A stretch of 64,000 bases of DNA. Source: the human T2T-CHM13v2.0 reference genome, Homo sapiens. The translations under genes and the position numbers were made by a program. Position 1 is the first letter of the stretch; each line of letters begins with the position of its first letter. This document shows positions 18,100-34,074 of the stretch, one piece after another. A model generated the notes under the pieces. The model had not been told where the DNA came from and ran no database searches. It was given only the letters and a program-made list of their open reading frames with translations. Where the stretch lies: the NCBI RefSeq assembly GCF_009914755.1, contig NC_060938.1; one strand, given 5' to 3'.

Positions 18100-18500
18100 T
18101 TCGGATCTCAGCCCCCTGCAGCCAATCAGCAAAGGAGCTGTTTCAAACTGACAAGCAAAACAAAGCCCAACAAAAGCAGCTGGAGCCCAAACAAACAGAG
18201 TTGGGTGAGGTTGGGAAGGGGAGTCAGGTCTGGCGTCATCCGGCTCCAGGCCAGGCTGTTGCCATGGTGACAGCCAGTCCGTTTACCAGCGGGCAGCAGA
18301 GCCAGCTTTCTGAGGGGGAAGCCCAAGGAGGGGAGGAGGAGCAGGGGTGCCCCAGGGGAGCCTGCGCTTCTCCAAGTTACAGAAATCCATAGAGAAGGCT
18401 CGGCCACTTCCAGGGAGCAGTGCCTTCTCTCAGGAGCTGGGCAGGCAGCCCGGGGGGCAGTGGGCTGGGAGAAGCCGGCCTGAGAGGGACGGAAGTGTCC
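18100..18500. promoter_or_regulatory. Promoter/enhancer-like element with RFX X-box
   Basis: GTTGCCATGGTGAC 18258-18271; CCAAT 18122-18126; TGGCGTCA 18231-18238; AAACAAACA; ETS ACGGAAGT 18489-18496; non-repeat DNA with retained CpGs. Confidence 0.65.
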
Positions 18501-18637
18501 ACTGAACAGGCAAAGAGGCCTCTGGGAAGGCTAGAAGGCTTTCTGGGCAGAACGGATTTGCAGCTGTGTTGGCTTTCTGGGCAAAAGATGAATTGAAGTA
18601 AATCACAGAGTGTTTTAAAATAAAAAACTCCCCCAAA

Positions 18638-18638
<1 letters not shown>

Positions 18639-18681
<43 letters not shown>
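18639..18681. repeat. (CA)n microsatellite
   Basis: Uninterrupted CA run. Confidence 0.97.
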
Positions 18682-18683
<2 letters not shown>

Positions 18684-19054
18684 CAATGGAGGAGAGAGAG
18701 GGCTTTGGGAACCTCAGCGGTGGAACACGGAAATACCTTATATTCTTCTCCAGGAGCATTTTTTTTTCTACTCTGATAATGACAACTCAAGTAATTACCT
18801 GCAAGACAAGAAGAATGAACAACAGTCAATGCAAAATGTTAGAAAACATCTGCTTTGCAGGGCTTGTCTATCAAAGCCCGACTCTGTGCCTGAATGGTGT
18901 TCAGGTCCCTGAAGGTGGGCCGCTTTAGGATATAGACACTCTTTCTGGCCAACGGGCAATATGAGCCAAAACAAATGCAGTGGAAGAAAGAATCTTGGCA
19001 TCTTCCTCCAGAAATCTTGCTGCAAAAGTGTCTATCACACAGAAGGAAAAATAG

Positions 19055-19327
19055 CTTATGATTCTACTCATGTGAGCTTCCTAGAGTAGTCAAATTCAAA
19101 CAGACAGAAAGTAGAGGGGTGATTGCCAGAGGCCGAGGGGAGGGGAAAATGGGGAGTGAGTATTTAATGAGTATGAAGTTTCAATTTGGGAAGATGAAAC
19201 GTTCTGGAGATGATGGTGATGAGAGTTGCACAACAATGCGAATGTACTTAATGCCACTCAACTGTAGACTTTAAAAGTTTCAAATAGTAAACTTTGTTAT
19301 GTATATTTTACCATAATAAAAATAAAT
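19055..19327 (+). mobile_element. L1 (L1MB-like) 3' UTR fragment
   Basis: AGAGTAGTCAAATTC...GACAGAAAGTAGA...GTTCTGGAGATGATGG...TGTACTTAATGCCACT...TATATTTTACCATAATAAA. Confidence 0.85.
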
Positions 19328-20094
19328 GTGTCTGTCAGTAAAGACTGTCTTCTTGCTGCAGCAGGAAATGGTGTTGGCTTGAAGGCCAGCATCGAGGGCA
19401 CGTGGGTTCACCTCTTTGAACCTCAGCTGTATCATCCATCAAATGGAACTTACACTATCTTCCTTACTGCCAACTGTGAAGAGTGGATATGAATGCATTT
19501 AGTGAACAGAAATGCACCATAAGAATGTAATTTTTTTTTTTAATTTGAGATGGGGCCTCCCAAAATGTTGGGATTATAGGCATGAGCCACTGAGCCTGGC
19601 CAAGAATATAAAATGTGATTAAAGTATTATTTCAAAATTCATTGTTATGGTACCCAAATGCCAAGAGGCAAAAGGAAAGGAGAAAGGGAGAGTTTTGGAG
19701 GAAACTAAGGAAAGGGTTATTTATATCTGGCATTTCTAGGAATTGGAAAATACCCAAATACCGTAGGAGAGTTGGAGAGAATTTTGGGCTCGTGCTCAGG
19801 GGCCTGAAGGTAAGACCAACTTGGACTATCATGGCAATTTAAAATACTTCTCCCTTTTGCTCTGCCTAAATTGAGAAACAGGTTAAGCCCACCCATCAAG
19901 AGGAAATGAAACAAAATGAAATAATGTCAAAACATCACCTCTCAAATTTCATGAAGGGAAATGGTACAGTTACAACACAATGCTGGGTGGAAGCTTATGG
20001 GACCTGGAGCCTCCAGGCATGGGTAGAACCCAGGTTCATCACCAGAGAGTCCCATTAACTGTCAATGATTTATTCAATGCATTTCTTTTTTCTA

Positions 20095-20424
<330 letters not shown>

Positions 20425-20820
20425 TCATCACTACCATCACTTTTATCATTACAAAATGTTTTATTAGCATATATTAGCATGTGGCAAGCACCAATTTAAA
20501 TGTGGTACACACCTTATCTTTTCATTCCTTGCAAGGTGCAGCTTTTTTATAGATAACAATATGAGACTCACGATTACTGATTTGGTCTTTCTGGTTCTTT
20601 GTTTCCTGATTGATAAAATGAGAATAATGTTATAGCTAGAGAAGTTTAGCAGCTTGCCTCAAGTCACAAAGCTGGTAAGTAGTAATGTCAGGATTTCAAC
20701 CCAAGTTCATCTGACTCCAAAGTTCCACCTTTGAATGCTATACTGCATTGGAGGAAACATTATTGCTAAGAAGTTTATGAAAGAAAATTGCTAATGAATA
20801 TTATGCTCTGAGAGCAATTA

Positions 20821-21279
<459 letters not shown>

Positions 21280-21479
21280 GGACAACTTATGAAACAAGGC
21301 TTTGCTGCTTTATGTATGTGTACTGTGTATGTTTTGTTGAGTACGTGCTGTATGCTGCACGTGTTGCATGTGTATGTGTGTAACGTGGGTGTTGTGTGTG
21401 TGTGGTTGCATAAGTGAAGGAGAGTTGCATGATGAGTGATTTCTTCAATACTGAAGGCCGTACAGTCCCACAGCCAACA

Positions 21480-21700
21480 CATAGTGCTTCCTGTGAGCCA
21501 GGCATTCCACCCAGTGTTTTACATATAATCCCTCACTCATCTTCACAACAACTTTGTGCGGTAGCTAGTAACAGTATTCTCATTTAGTGGACGAGGAAAT
21601 GGAGGCTCAGAAGGATCAAGCATCTTGCCCTAGATCACCTAGATGGTACAAGGGAGAGCTGGGATTTGAACCCAGGCAGACTGGCTTCAAATTCTGTGTT
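21480..21700 (-). mobile_element. MIR SINE
   Basis: GAGGAAATGGAGGCTCAGA...GGGATTTGAACCCAGGCAGACTGGC, antisense MIR. Confidence 0.75.
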
Positions 21701-22172
21701 TTGGTCTTTTCTTCATTTGTGTCCCTCTCGCCTTGTGAGAAATGATAGAATTATTCTCATTACATGATGGGAGAACCTGGGAACAATGTGAACATGTGTT
21801 GGCTCAGACAACAGTCTCAACTACACACTGGGGAAACGTGGGGAGGCAAACTCGTTTCACTGATTTGTCTCCTCTAAAACTTCTCCCTTTGCTGAATCCC
21901 ACTTTTTTTCCCCTCTCTTTCTACAGGTGTTGATCCCAACTGTACAACCTGAATGCTGTTCTCAGAGTCACTTCCTGGTAACCCAAACTATGACCCAATA
22001 AATATTAGCTACTATCATCATCATCAATAATAATAATTATCATCATCCAAAAGCCTTCTAAATAATAGAGAAAATAAGAGAAAGGGGGCAAAGGGGAGAG
22101 GTTTCCCTACTAACCGGGAGGGGTGATGATGTAGGGCAATACAGAAAGTCTAGAACAAGAACATGTCTCTGT

Positions 22173-22468
22173 TTTTTTTTGAGACAGGATCTCGCTTTGT
22201 CTCCCAGGCTGGAATGCAGTGGCACAGTCATGGCTCACTGCAGACTCGACCACCTGGGCTTAAGTGATCCTCCTGCTTCAGCCTCCTGAGTAGCTAGGAC
22301 TACAGGCATGCACCACCACACCTGAATAATTTTTTTAAAAAAATTTTTAGTAGAGACGAGGTCTCCTTATGTTGCACAGTCTGGTCTCTAACTCCTGAGT
22401 TCAAGGAATCCTCCTGCCTTGGCCTCCCAAAGTACTGGGATTACAGGCATGAGCCACTGCACCCAGCC
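22173..22468 (-). mobile_element. Alu SINE (AluJ)
   Basis: Reverse-complement Alu. Confidence 0.92.
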
Positions 22469-23022
22469 CCCTGTGCCTTTTGAGGAGTGGGAAGAGTTAT
22501 TAAATAGAGCAGAGGACTCCTTCTCAAATCCCTGTCTCTAGTGACTTCTGTATGGGTTGGAACTGATGGTTGTATCATTCTCTCCCTCCACTATTAAGGG
22601 TATAATACATGGTTACACTTTTATCTTGCTATTCAATTTCCTGCTGTGGCTATTCTGGGAATTTGGCCAGCACCTTTCACATATAAAAGCTCAGCTTTAG
22701 TGCTGTGAGGAGTTGGTTGGGCAGAAAGCGACAGAGGCTCCTGGTTTTATAGTCATGTGGGGACAAGATTTAGCTTTCCCAAATCTGGGGAGACATCAAC
22801 CCTGGTGTTCACAATATGAACCTAGACCCTGGCGAATCCAACCAGGACTTAGCACAGACCTTGTTCAGAGCTTTGCTACAGGAGGAAGTCTGCTTCTGCC
22901 CTCCGGCTTTTTAAGCCAAAGGATGGTGATGCAGGAAAGCAGCCTGGCTGTGCTCTTTCTTTGGTGCTGGTGGATTTCAACTGAACCCCACAAGTGTCAC
23001 TGGAGGGCCCACCATGGACAAA

Positions 23023-23023
<1 letters not shown>

Positions 23024-23071
<48 letters not shown>
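23024..23071. repeat. Compound (TG)n(AG)n microsatellite
   Basis: Seen directly. Confidence 0.95.
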
Positions 23072-23494
23072 CATAAAATACAGAGATAAAAATGACAGGA
23101 TCGCTACCCCTGCCATGTTCATAAACAGCAGGCTGCGTGGCACAATGGAGCATGCATGAGAGTTGGAGGCAGACAGACCAGTGCCCCAGTCCTCGGCTGA
23201 ATCATAGTTCTGCTACTGAAGAATGTGGTTTTATATTAGGGGTGATGCGAAGAACTGTAGGGACCTATGGGTAGGAGATGATAATTCTGGAAAAGAGGAG
23301 TGCCTTGTGTTTGCTGCATTCTTGAAGAATTTTTTATATTTGCTTCTGCTCCAGAAAATGAGAAAAATTAAGTACAGAGGCAAGTAACTTATGAGATAGA
23401 CACAGAATAAGAGGAATTTCTGGGTTGAGTATAGATAAAATGATAAAAGAAATGGGAATGTTAGTTATAGACAGAGGAATAAAAAGACCAAGTA

Positions 23495-23826
<332 letters not shown>

Positions 23827-24172
23827 TCATGTCTTCTCTAGATCAAAGCAATGTCATTTCTAAATTGGCCACCCAGTGGTGACACTCTTAAAGTCCCAGA
23901 AACAGGTAAGACCCACGGGTGCTCAGCAGGTTAATTGGGGTGTGGCGGTGTGACCAGGTGTACCTGCCCCCGACTTCCCAGTAGAGCCAGTTTGTATGCT
24001 GACTACATACACCTCTGTCCAGCAATTCCCTTTGCATGCCCTCAGTCTCTACCTTTGTAACCACACTGTCAGGTGGGAAGGCTGATGTGGCAGAGGGAGA
24101 ATCAGACAGGAGAATGTTACGTAACCAAGGATTCAGGGAGGTGATCGTTTCACCTGCTTGCACCTATCCTAG

Positions 24173-24551
<379 letters not shown>

Positions 24552-24687
24552 TCTGTGTGTTTAAAATGGATTAAATAAGTACCTTAATTTGGTCTTCAAG
24601 CCTTCTGTGATCTCTGGGGTAGCCTGCCTGGAAGAGTAGTTGGAGGCTACTACCATTGCCTCAAGGTAATCTTCCAAGGGACAGGGG

Positions 24688-25000
24688 AGTCTTAGATCAG
24701 GCTTCCCGGGAGCAAAGCCAGAGATAGGGATCCTTGTGCCAGTAGTTGATAAGGAAGCTCTCTCTGGAGAAGGTGGTCTGGAGGAAGTGGGTAAAACGAG
24801 ATAGGATAGGGGAAGAAGTAAAGTAAGGATGAGGCTCAGCTGCAGAATAATCTCAGCCTGGCTCCACCTGGGAGCCCTAGGGGTGTGGAAGGCACTATGG
24901 ATTGGGGCTTCCTTGAGGCAAGAGGGCCAGCCTTTGTACCTTGTTTTAGGATATTGTAAAGGGGGTCTTGGTAGGACACCAGCAGCATCCCTGACAGGGG
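24688..25000 (-). mobile_element. Ancient ERVL LTR (LTR33/LTR16-like)
   Basis: GTCTTAGATCAGGCTTCCCGGGAGCAAAGCCAGAGATAGGGAT resembles the reverse-complement 3' end of ERVL LTRs. Confidence 0.5.
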
Positions 25001-25173
25001 ATTGGCCTGAACTCCCCTCCCAGGTGAGTAACAGGGGCAAGGGAGAGAAGCAAGAACATGGCTGGGAAAGTGGTGACATTAAGGACTGGAAAGGCAAGGT
25101 GCGATATAGTCTGGAGGTGTCTGAAAGTGAGAGAAAGACCCATGAAAGCCAAGTGCAAACTGAGAATAAATTT

Positions 25174-25486
25174 GCCACGCTGATGGTATCAGTGTGGTAT
25201 CAGTGTGGCTGATGGTATCAGCCTAGGACCAGGCTAGGCCACGCTGCAGTAACAAATGAGCCACCAAGTCCATTTCTTGCTCACACTATCTATATGTCCA
25301 TTGCAGACCAGCAGGGGCCTTTATGCAGTATTGGCAATCAGGGATCTAGGCTGATGGAAGCTCTCACTTGACATGAGCTTCCGCTATTGCAGAGGTGGGG
25401 AAGAGGACGCTGGCTCTGGAAGCATGCATTTTTTTTTTTTCTGGAAATGACATGGGTGTCACTGCTGTTCAGATTTCATTGGCCAA
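25174..25486. repeat. Duplicated MLT1 LTR segment, copy 1
   Basis: Near-identical to 26570-26843 (direct orientation). Confidence 0.9.
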
Positions 25487-26107
25487 TTCCAAGGCCAGGA
25501 AGCCATAGGGAGCCACGGTGTGTTCTTGAGCATGTGTGGGATTTGGAGCAGTGTGTAGGAAGAGTCAGATGACCATGGCATGTGCTGGGAGGAGCTGCTG
25601 GCAAGGAGTAATAGCTGGGACCGGTCTGTGCAGTAATACACTTGAAGCATCTTTCCCCTCTGAGACCTTTGGGCAACTCTGGTAAGAAGGCTACTTATCA
25701 GGGTCTAGTTTTTGCAGCCATCAGCCTCGTTCTGCAGGAAGAGGAACCAGTTCTATGTCCTCAGGAGGGAAGCCTCACCAAGCCAGGACCAGGAGTTGGA
25801 AGAGTGGGGAGGGCTGCATTGCTGAAGGCCCTCCCTCAGTGAACACCTCATAAAAAGTTCTGCAGCTGATCTAGGCAGGCTGCAGAGGGCTGAATACTGC
25901 CAGAATTGTGCACACTGAGCTGGCTCCACAGGCAGGGTTACCTGATCTCTAAGTCATGCTGGACTTTGAAGCCTCAGGCTTTTATTGGAGGTGCTATGAC
26001 CACCTGGTCAGCTACAGGCTGAAGATTCCTGGCATCAGAAAAAGCCAGTCTCCAGTCAATGCTCCTTCCTCAGTGTGGAGGTTTGATTGTCCATCAAAAC
26101 CTCAAGG

Positions 26108-26280
26108 GCAGTGGTTCTTTAACTTCAGCATGCAAAAGACTGCCTGGAGTGCTTTCTAAAAGTGCAGACTTCTGGGACCCATATCTGATTCACCCTGGGG
26201 TGGGCGTGGGGGTGGGGGAGTTTGCATTTTAAATAAGCACACAGGTAACTGGGAACAGGTGGTCCAAGGATCATGCTTGG
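26108..26280. mobile_element. MER5-like DNA transposon
   Basis: CAGTGGTTCTTTAACTT...TGCAGACTTCTGGGACCC...TGCATTTTAAATAAGCAC...GGTCCAAGGATCATGCTT. Confidence 0.7.
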
Positions 26281-26569
26281 GGATAGAGAAGGTTCATCAC
26301 TTACTTATTCAAATGTAACAGCCCTATGAAGTAGGCAATGTTATTTTCATTGTCATTCTCAATTTGCAGATAGATAAAATTAGGTTTAAGGAGATTAACT
26401 AAACTGCCCAAGGTCAGAGAGTTAGTAAATAACAGAACTGGATTTCTAACCCACTGAATTACAGCCTGTGCTGCTATCTAAGATCTGGAGAAAGCAGTAG
26501 GGAAACTGGTGGGCTGCGTGTATGTGTGGGCTTACTGCCTGACATTCCCCAATATGAGCCTCTATTTTA

Positions 26570-27255
<686 letters not shown>

Positions 27256-28768
27256 CTAAATGTATCTCATTCTCTCGTCTTTGCACATGCTATCCCATCT
27301 CTCTCAAATGTCCTGTCACTGCTTCCCAGCTAGGCTAGCTCGACTGAGCATCATATTCTACATCACCTGCCATCAGCGCTGGGCAGCCTTTCCAAACCCA
27401 CCCAGGCTGGATTAGATGCCCCTTCCTCCATCCCCCCAGAGGATCCTGGGCTTATTTCTACTACAGCATGTGTCATGTTGCATTGCAACTTTTAATTTCC
27501 TTGTCTGTCCCCCAAGCTCACTGGACTATGGGCTTCTGGGGATGGGAATACAGAGTGTCAGGCCTTGTACCTCTAGCCCCTGGAAGGCAGGAGATTTACA
27601 GGAGCCTAGGAGCAGAATGGCAGAGTCCCTAATAGCTGGATTCTGGACCTTGCAGGAGCTGTTCTCCTTTTCCTACAGGGGCAGGATGTCTAGGGGCTTT
27701 AGAAAGTGGGGAAGAGGAAGGTGAGGATATTCTGTGGCTTTAGGATGAGCCAACTGCAGACGGAGGAAGAAAACTCCCCCTTACAGAAGGAGTGGAATTT
27801 TTCCAAGGCTTCATTGCTCCACCATGGAAAGACTTGTCCAAACCCTAGTTAGTCACTGCCCGGAGCCAGCTGTGTCACCGTGGGGTGAACTTCAAGGGTC
27901 CAAGGAGAGGACATGCCGCAGCTGGGGGAAAATCTTGGCTGTCCTCAATTGGGAGCCCCTGATACCCATTTAAGGTAATTGTTGGCAAAGGAGCAGGTGT
28001 TCATGGCCTCCTCAGAGGCAGCCTTGCTTGAGTCCTGTCATGCCACAGCCTCTGTGTCCTTGGGAAGACTGTTTGGGGTCAAGAACGGGGGATCAAGATC
28101 TGTTCAGCAGGGGCATCTGACTCCGATGTGGGGATTAGTTGCTGGGTGCCCACACCTGGGGTAACCACAGAGGAGAGGCAAAGAAGCCCAGAACCGTGCT
28201 TGGGACAGAAGTATGTGGGGCCTTGATCTGCACAGGGCAGGACCTGTCACTGTCCAACTGGCTTCTGGAGGCTCCGTCTGTCCCCCACTCCCCACCTCAC
28301 ACCTGGGGCTTGGGATTGAATCATTTTTAGCTCTCAGGGTACAGCATGCTCTCTCACTTTTGGGCCTGTGTGTGCAGCAGCTCCAACACAACCCTTGGCC
28401 CTTTTGCTGCATTTTTTTGCAAAAAATTTAACTCTTCAAGTGATTTCCTCTTTGTGGTGCAGCTTTTCCCAAAGTTTGAGGGAGGAGCTGTTTCAGGCCG
28501 GGGTTCCACTGTGCAGTGCCTAGCACTCAGCTCTCTCTTTCCTTTCCCTCCTCCGCTTTCCCCACCCGGATTCCCTGGAGAGCTCTCCATCCTCCTCCCT
28601 CCCTCAAGTAATGGAAGTTATTGTACTATGCACAGTAATTTCCCCCTTCTTGTAAAGCCTCAGGGCCACCAGACACCCTGGACCTAGCAGTTCAGCATTT
28701 GCCCAAATTCAAGGCCTTTTCTTGAAAAAGAACCTACTCTATCTCAGCTGCTGAGATAACATATTCTC

Positions 28769-29084
<316 letters not shown>

Positions 29085-29103
29085 CCAGAGATAACATGTT
29101 CTC

Positions 29104-29275
29104 TACTGCATTATATGATGTTTCCTTTGCCTGGACATCTGGTCCCATTTGGCCTGGCCCTTTGGTCTCAGCTGCCCTGACCCCTCTAAAGTTTACTGCA
29201 TTATATGATGTTTCCTTTGCCTGGACATCTGGTCCCATAAGCCCTGCCCCTTTGATTTCAGCTGCCCTGACCCCC
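29104..29275. repeat. 90-bp tandem duplication (2 copies)
   Basis: TACTGCATTATATGATG... begins at 29104 and 29194; first 45 bp identical. Confidence 0.95.
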
Positions 29276-29334
29276 TAGTGTTTAGGTTAGTGTCTCACTA
29301 CTGTGCCCCAGAGCCCTCACCAATGTACCTCTCA

Positions 29335-30113
29335 AGAAATGATAGTTAAATTTTCAAGAATTTTGCAAGCTGGTTGTTAAATTCAGCCATTATTAAACTT
29401 TCAGCTATGGTAACAAATACTTAAAGCTCATCACTTCCTAATTATTTTACTGTATTTTCCTATCACTTACACTGTTGAGATCATTTATAGCTCTTGTATC
29501 CACGTGGCGGAAGCACTATATAACTTGTAGGATACTGTGGATCTCTTCCCAAATCTGTGTTCAGTGGTAGCTTTTGGGACTATTTACACCATGAAGACTG
29601 GCAAATGCTATAAATCAGAGATCGATTTGTTGTTGCATTGATTATCTAAACTTAAAGAAGTAGTGGAGAAAATGTTAATGATGCAGGTTAAACTTACAAG
29701 TAGCTGTTACATTGTGAATAGCATGAAACAATCGAGGAAATATTCTTTCGGTTTCCAAAAACTATTATCCAATTCAGCAAAGAAGCACTGACAAATAAGC
29801 AAAGTTCTGACATTCACTTAAATTTTGCTTTTGTCTTATTAACATAAATAATATCAACCAAGATCCCATTAGAACAATACCTGCTCATCAATTATAACGA
29901 TAGCTTGTCCACAGACCAGATGTTTGGCAAAAATTACGTACTGTGAAAGTCAATTGATTATGTGGAATTTACAGTAAACACTGTTGTATATTTTGTGATC
30001 ATTTATAAATTATATGCTATAATCCTTTAGGTCAGTAAAATCCATGAGCGTATGGACATACACAGGTATGTTGCTGGAGAGCTGGTTGTTAAACATTTAC
30101 TAGCACACCACTG
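29335..30113 (+). mobile_element. MER63-like hAT-Blackjack DNA transposon
   Basis: GTTAAATTTTCAAGAATTTTGCAAGCTGGTTGTTAAA ... GGTTGTTAAACATTTACTAGCACACCACTG terminus. Confidence 0.7.
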
Positions 30114-31489
30114 CCCAGAGTCTACCGTTCTGTTTCCATCATGGAGCTTACCTACTGTGCTCTAATGGCCTGTTTGCTTGCCTGTGTCCCCCTCAGGGCT
30201 GTTGCTCTCTGTGGGGAGGGTCATTTGCAGCTCATCTTGTTCACCTGTGGATCCCCCAATCACTAGCATAGGGCCCAGTGCTCAGGAATTACTCAGTAAA
30301 TCCTTGTTGCATGGATATGCTAATACAAAATCCTCCAGGTCCAATGGGAAGGCCCCAATTCCTGCCCTTTGTCAGTCTGTGAAGCAGAGATGGCCACTGA
30401 ACCCTGGGGTCCTATGTGATTGGCCCTAAAACGGGCAGCCAGTACAGGCTTTTCCTTATTTCTGCTCTTCTCTCTAGACCCAGGGAATGCCCCAGTGCTG
30501 AATGGGGCCCCCCAGCTGCACTGTCCCACCTGCAGCCAGAGAGCTGTGAGCCACTGGGAGTGTGAGAATTTAGGATGCTGAGTACACACAGGTAGTACAG
30601 GTAGGTGGGTGAGAATGGGATACAGCCAGGCACAGGGTCAGGCTGCACACCCCTTGAGGGCAGGGGCAGATCTCATTACTGTCTATCTGCAGAACCTGTC
30701 TTGACTGTGGCCAACACAGCCCTGCAAGACCAGGTCTCCTTCCTTATCTGCTCCCTTCTTCTGACCTCACCTTCTCTCCCACCCCTCCCTGCTCCAGCTG
30801 TCCTGGCTCATGGCTGTTCCTGCAGCAGGTCATACATCCTCCCCTCAGGGCTTCTGCACCTACTGTTCCTGTGCCTAGGCCGCTCTTCCCCAGAAATCTA
30901 CATGGCCTGCTATTGAAGTCAGGTCCCTGTCCAAATCCCACCTGCTCGGCAAGGCCATCACTATCCAGCCCGCCCTGCCTTCCTCATCCTGGTTAATATT
31001 TCCTTACAGCACTTTTCACCCTCTGTGGGATCAGGCGCTTGATTAGTTTCTGTCTTTTCCCATGAAATTGTAAATTCAGTCAGAGCAGGGATTCTTTCTG
31101 TTCTGTTCCTCACTCTATCCCCAGGATCTGGAACAATTTAAGTGGATGTATAGTCATCGCTTAATGAGTGTCTGCTTACTCACAGCCTAAGAGAAGAAAG
31201 GATGTGTTGTCAGAGAAACTCGGTACCAAATACAGCTCTCTGGTTTCCTAAATCTAATCTGATTCCAGTCTGTGTTCTTCCCTGGTTGGTAACCTGAAAT
31301 CCTGTATAGCTTTTCTTATTTCTCTGGAGTTAGCTCCCCAGCCCATTGGGAAGTGTCACCTCTACTCCATGGGAGCCCGAAACTCCAGAACCATGGCCAG
31401 GCAGCACATGCAAGTAGCTCCACCAGGCAAGCCAGCAATCCAGGCAGCCTCTGAGGCTGAGGACACACATTGACTGGGCACGCTTGGCC

Positions 31490-31989
<500 letters not shown>

Positions 31990-33188
31990 TAATATTTTAA
32001 AAAGTAAACCAACATTCAGAAATCGAGACACCTCACAGAAAAGTCTAGAGGATCTGGCAACCATGGACCTGCATCCTAGCATGGCACAATCGCTGAGCTG
32101 AGAACTAGCCCTGTTGTAGCTGGGGCTCTCCAATTTGCCATGGTCCTCACTGCTATTGAAACATTTGCTTCGGTGATGCCCAAAATAAAGTACACATGTG
32201 GTAGCTTTTCTCTTCACTCTAGCTGTGGGGCTTGAGCAAAGCTCTTAATTTCTCTGTCCCCCTTCCTCTGCACAATGGAGTTACCAATGCTCCCTGAGTC
32301 AGTGGTGGAGGACTGGACAAAAAAGTCCTTGGGAAACAGAAAGTATTCGGCTCCCTCCCCGGTGTACTGCTATTCCTCTTCGTCCTCCTTTACCCCGCTT
32401 CCCAGACCTGACTGCTTCTATCTGTGGAAGCTGCTTTTTAAACACCCTGTCCTATGCTCTCAGCCCAGCTGGGTCCTTGCTTAGCACCTGGCTCTGCCTT
32501 CTCACGTGGGGAAGTGGGGAGAGCTGCCGACAGCCACTTGCTGCTGCTGCACCTGCTTCAGTGTGAGGTCTCCATTGGGGAAGGATGAACATGTCATGGT
32601 GGAAGGTGGCTGGGATGCAGGAGGGCTCTGAGTCCTAGCCGGGCTTGACCTCTCAACAACTAGAAATGAGAGTTGAGTAACCACCTCCCTCAGATGACCA
32701 CCAGACAGATGGCTGCCACCAAAAATTCTTTGCTTTTTAACTCTAAGATCCTTGTTCTAGAACCAGGTGTCAGCACCTGTCAGCAAAGTCAGCTGGGTTT
32801 GCTCAGCTTTGCTGGGAAATAGCCACTTTTTCCCTCTTGGGGCTATGAAGCAAGTGCACCTTCTGAAAGGTTTTACGCTTTTACTGCTTCTTTAAATACA
32901 GCATTTCTCCCATTCCAAAATGAATTGAACTTCCAATAGATTTTCTAAGATTTTCTTTGCTTTGATTAGAAAAGTAATTCATTCATGTTCATTATAGAAA
33001 AATTTGGGAACTGCATAAAGACACAGAAATAAATAAAACCTCCCATACTCACTGTGAGTATTTTGGTTTTCATCATTCCAGCTTTTTTTTTCTGTATACC
33101 CCCAATCATACCTAACTATCCATCCATTCATTTCTATATCCATGTATATTTTTCCACATATACCTGTTAGGATCTTATTATACATGCT

Positions 33189-33445
33189 ATTTTATTTTAT
33201 TTTATTTTATTTTATTTTATTTTATTTTATTTTATTTTATTTTATTTTGAGACAGGGTCTCACTCTGTTGCCCAGGCTGGAGTGCAGTGGCGCGATCTTG
33301 GCTCACTGCCACCTCTGCCTCCAGGTTCAAGTGATTCTCCTGCCTCAACCTCCCGGGTAGCTGGGAGTACAGGCGAGTGCCACCGTGCCTGGCTAATTTT
33401 TGTATTTTTTAGTAGGGAAAGGGTTTCACCATGTTGGCCAGGCTG
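33189..33445 (-). mobile_element. 5'-truncated Alu with (TTTTA)n tail
   Basis: TSD TATACATGCTATTTTAT flanks the truncated element. Confidence 0.9.
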
Positions 33446-33781
33446 TATACATGCTATTTTATAATACACAGCATGAGGCCTGGAAAACAGTAGGCAACGA
33501 ATAAATATTGCCACTGCTAATAAGTGTCACTTACTGAGACTTACACTGTGCCAGGCATGATATTTAACCTTAATAACACATCTGTGATATGAGAAGTGTC
33601 CTATTATCATTGTTTTATAGGTGAAAACTTTGAGGCTTAGAGAGGTTATGTTACTTGTCAAAAGTTCCAAGGGTAGTCAATGAGAGGGACACATACCCAT
33701 TCATATATTTTTATATGAACAAAATACACATTTATTGGTTTAAAACTTTAAAAAAAAACTTTAAAAAAAATTGCTTTAAGG

Positions 33782-34074
33782 GCCAGGCGCAGTGGCTCAC
33801 GCCTGTAATCCCAGCACTTTGGGAGGCCGAGGTGGGCGGCTTACCTGAGGTCAGGTGTTCAAGACCAGCCTGGCCAACATGGTGAAACCCCGTCTCTACT
33901 AAAAATACAAAAAAATTTAGCCAGGCATGGTGGTGGGCACCTGTAATCCCAGCTACTCAGGAGGCTGAGGCAGGAGAATCGCTTGAACCCAGCGAGGCAG
34001 AGGTTGCAGTGAGCCCAGATCTTGCCTGGAGTGCCTGGGCAACAGAGCAAGACTATGTCTCAAAAGAAAAAAAA
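33782..34074 (+). mobile_element. Alu SINE (AluS)
   Basis: Dimer, TSD AAAAAAAATTGCTTTAAG. Confidence 0.93.

Noticed and set aside
24561-25212. 205-aa and 127-aa ORFs
   Set aside because: They overlap a decayed LTR-like region, with no domain or exon structure.
29104-29275. CRISPR-like repeat-spacer array
   Set aside because: Eukaryotic DNA; only two units, and the would-be spacers are homologous to each other.
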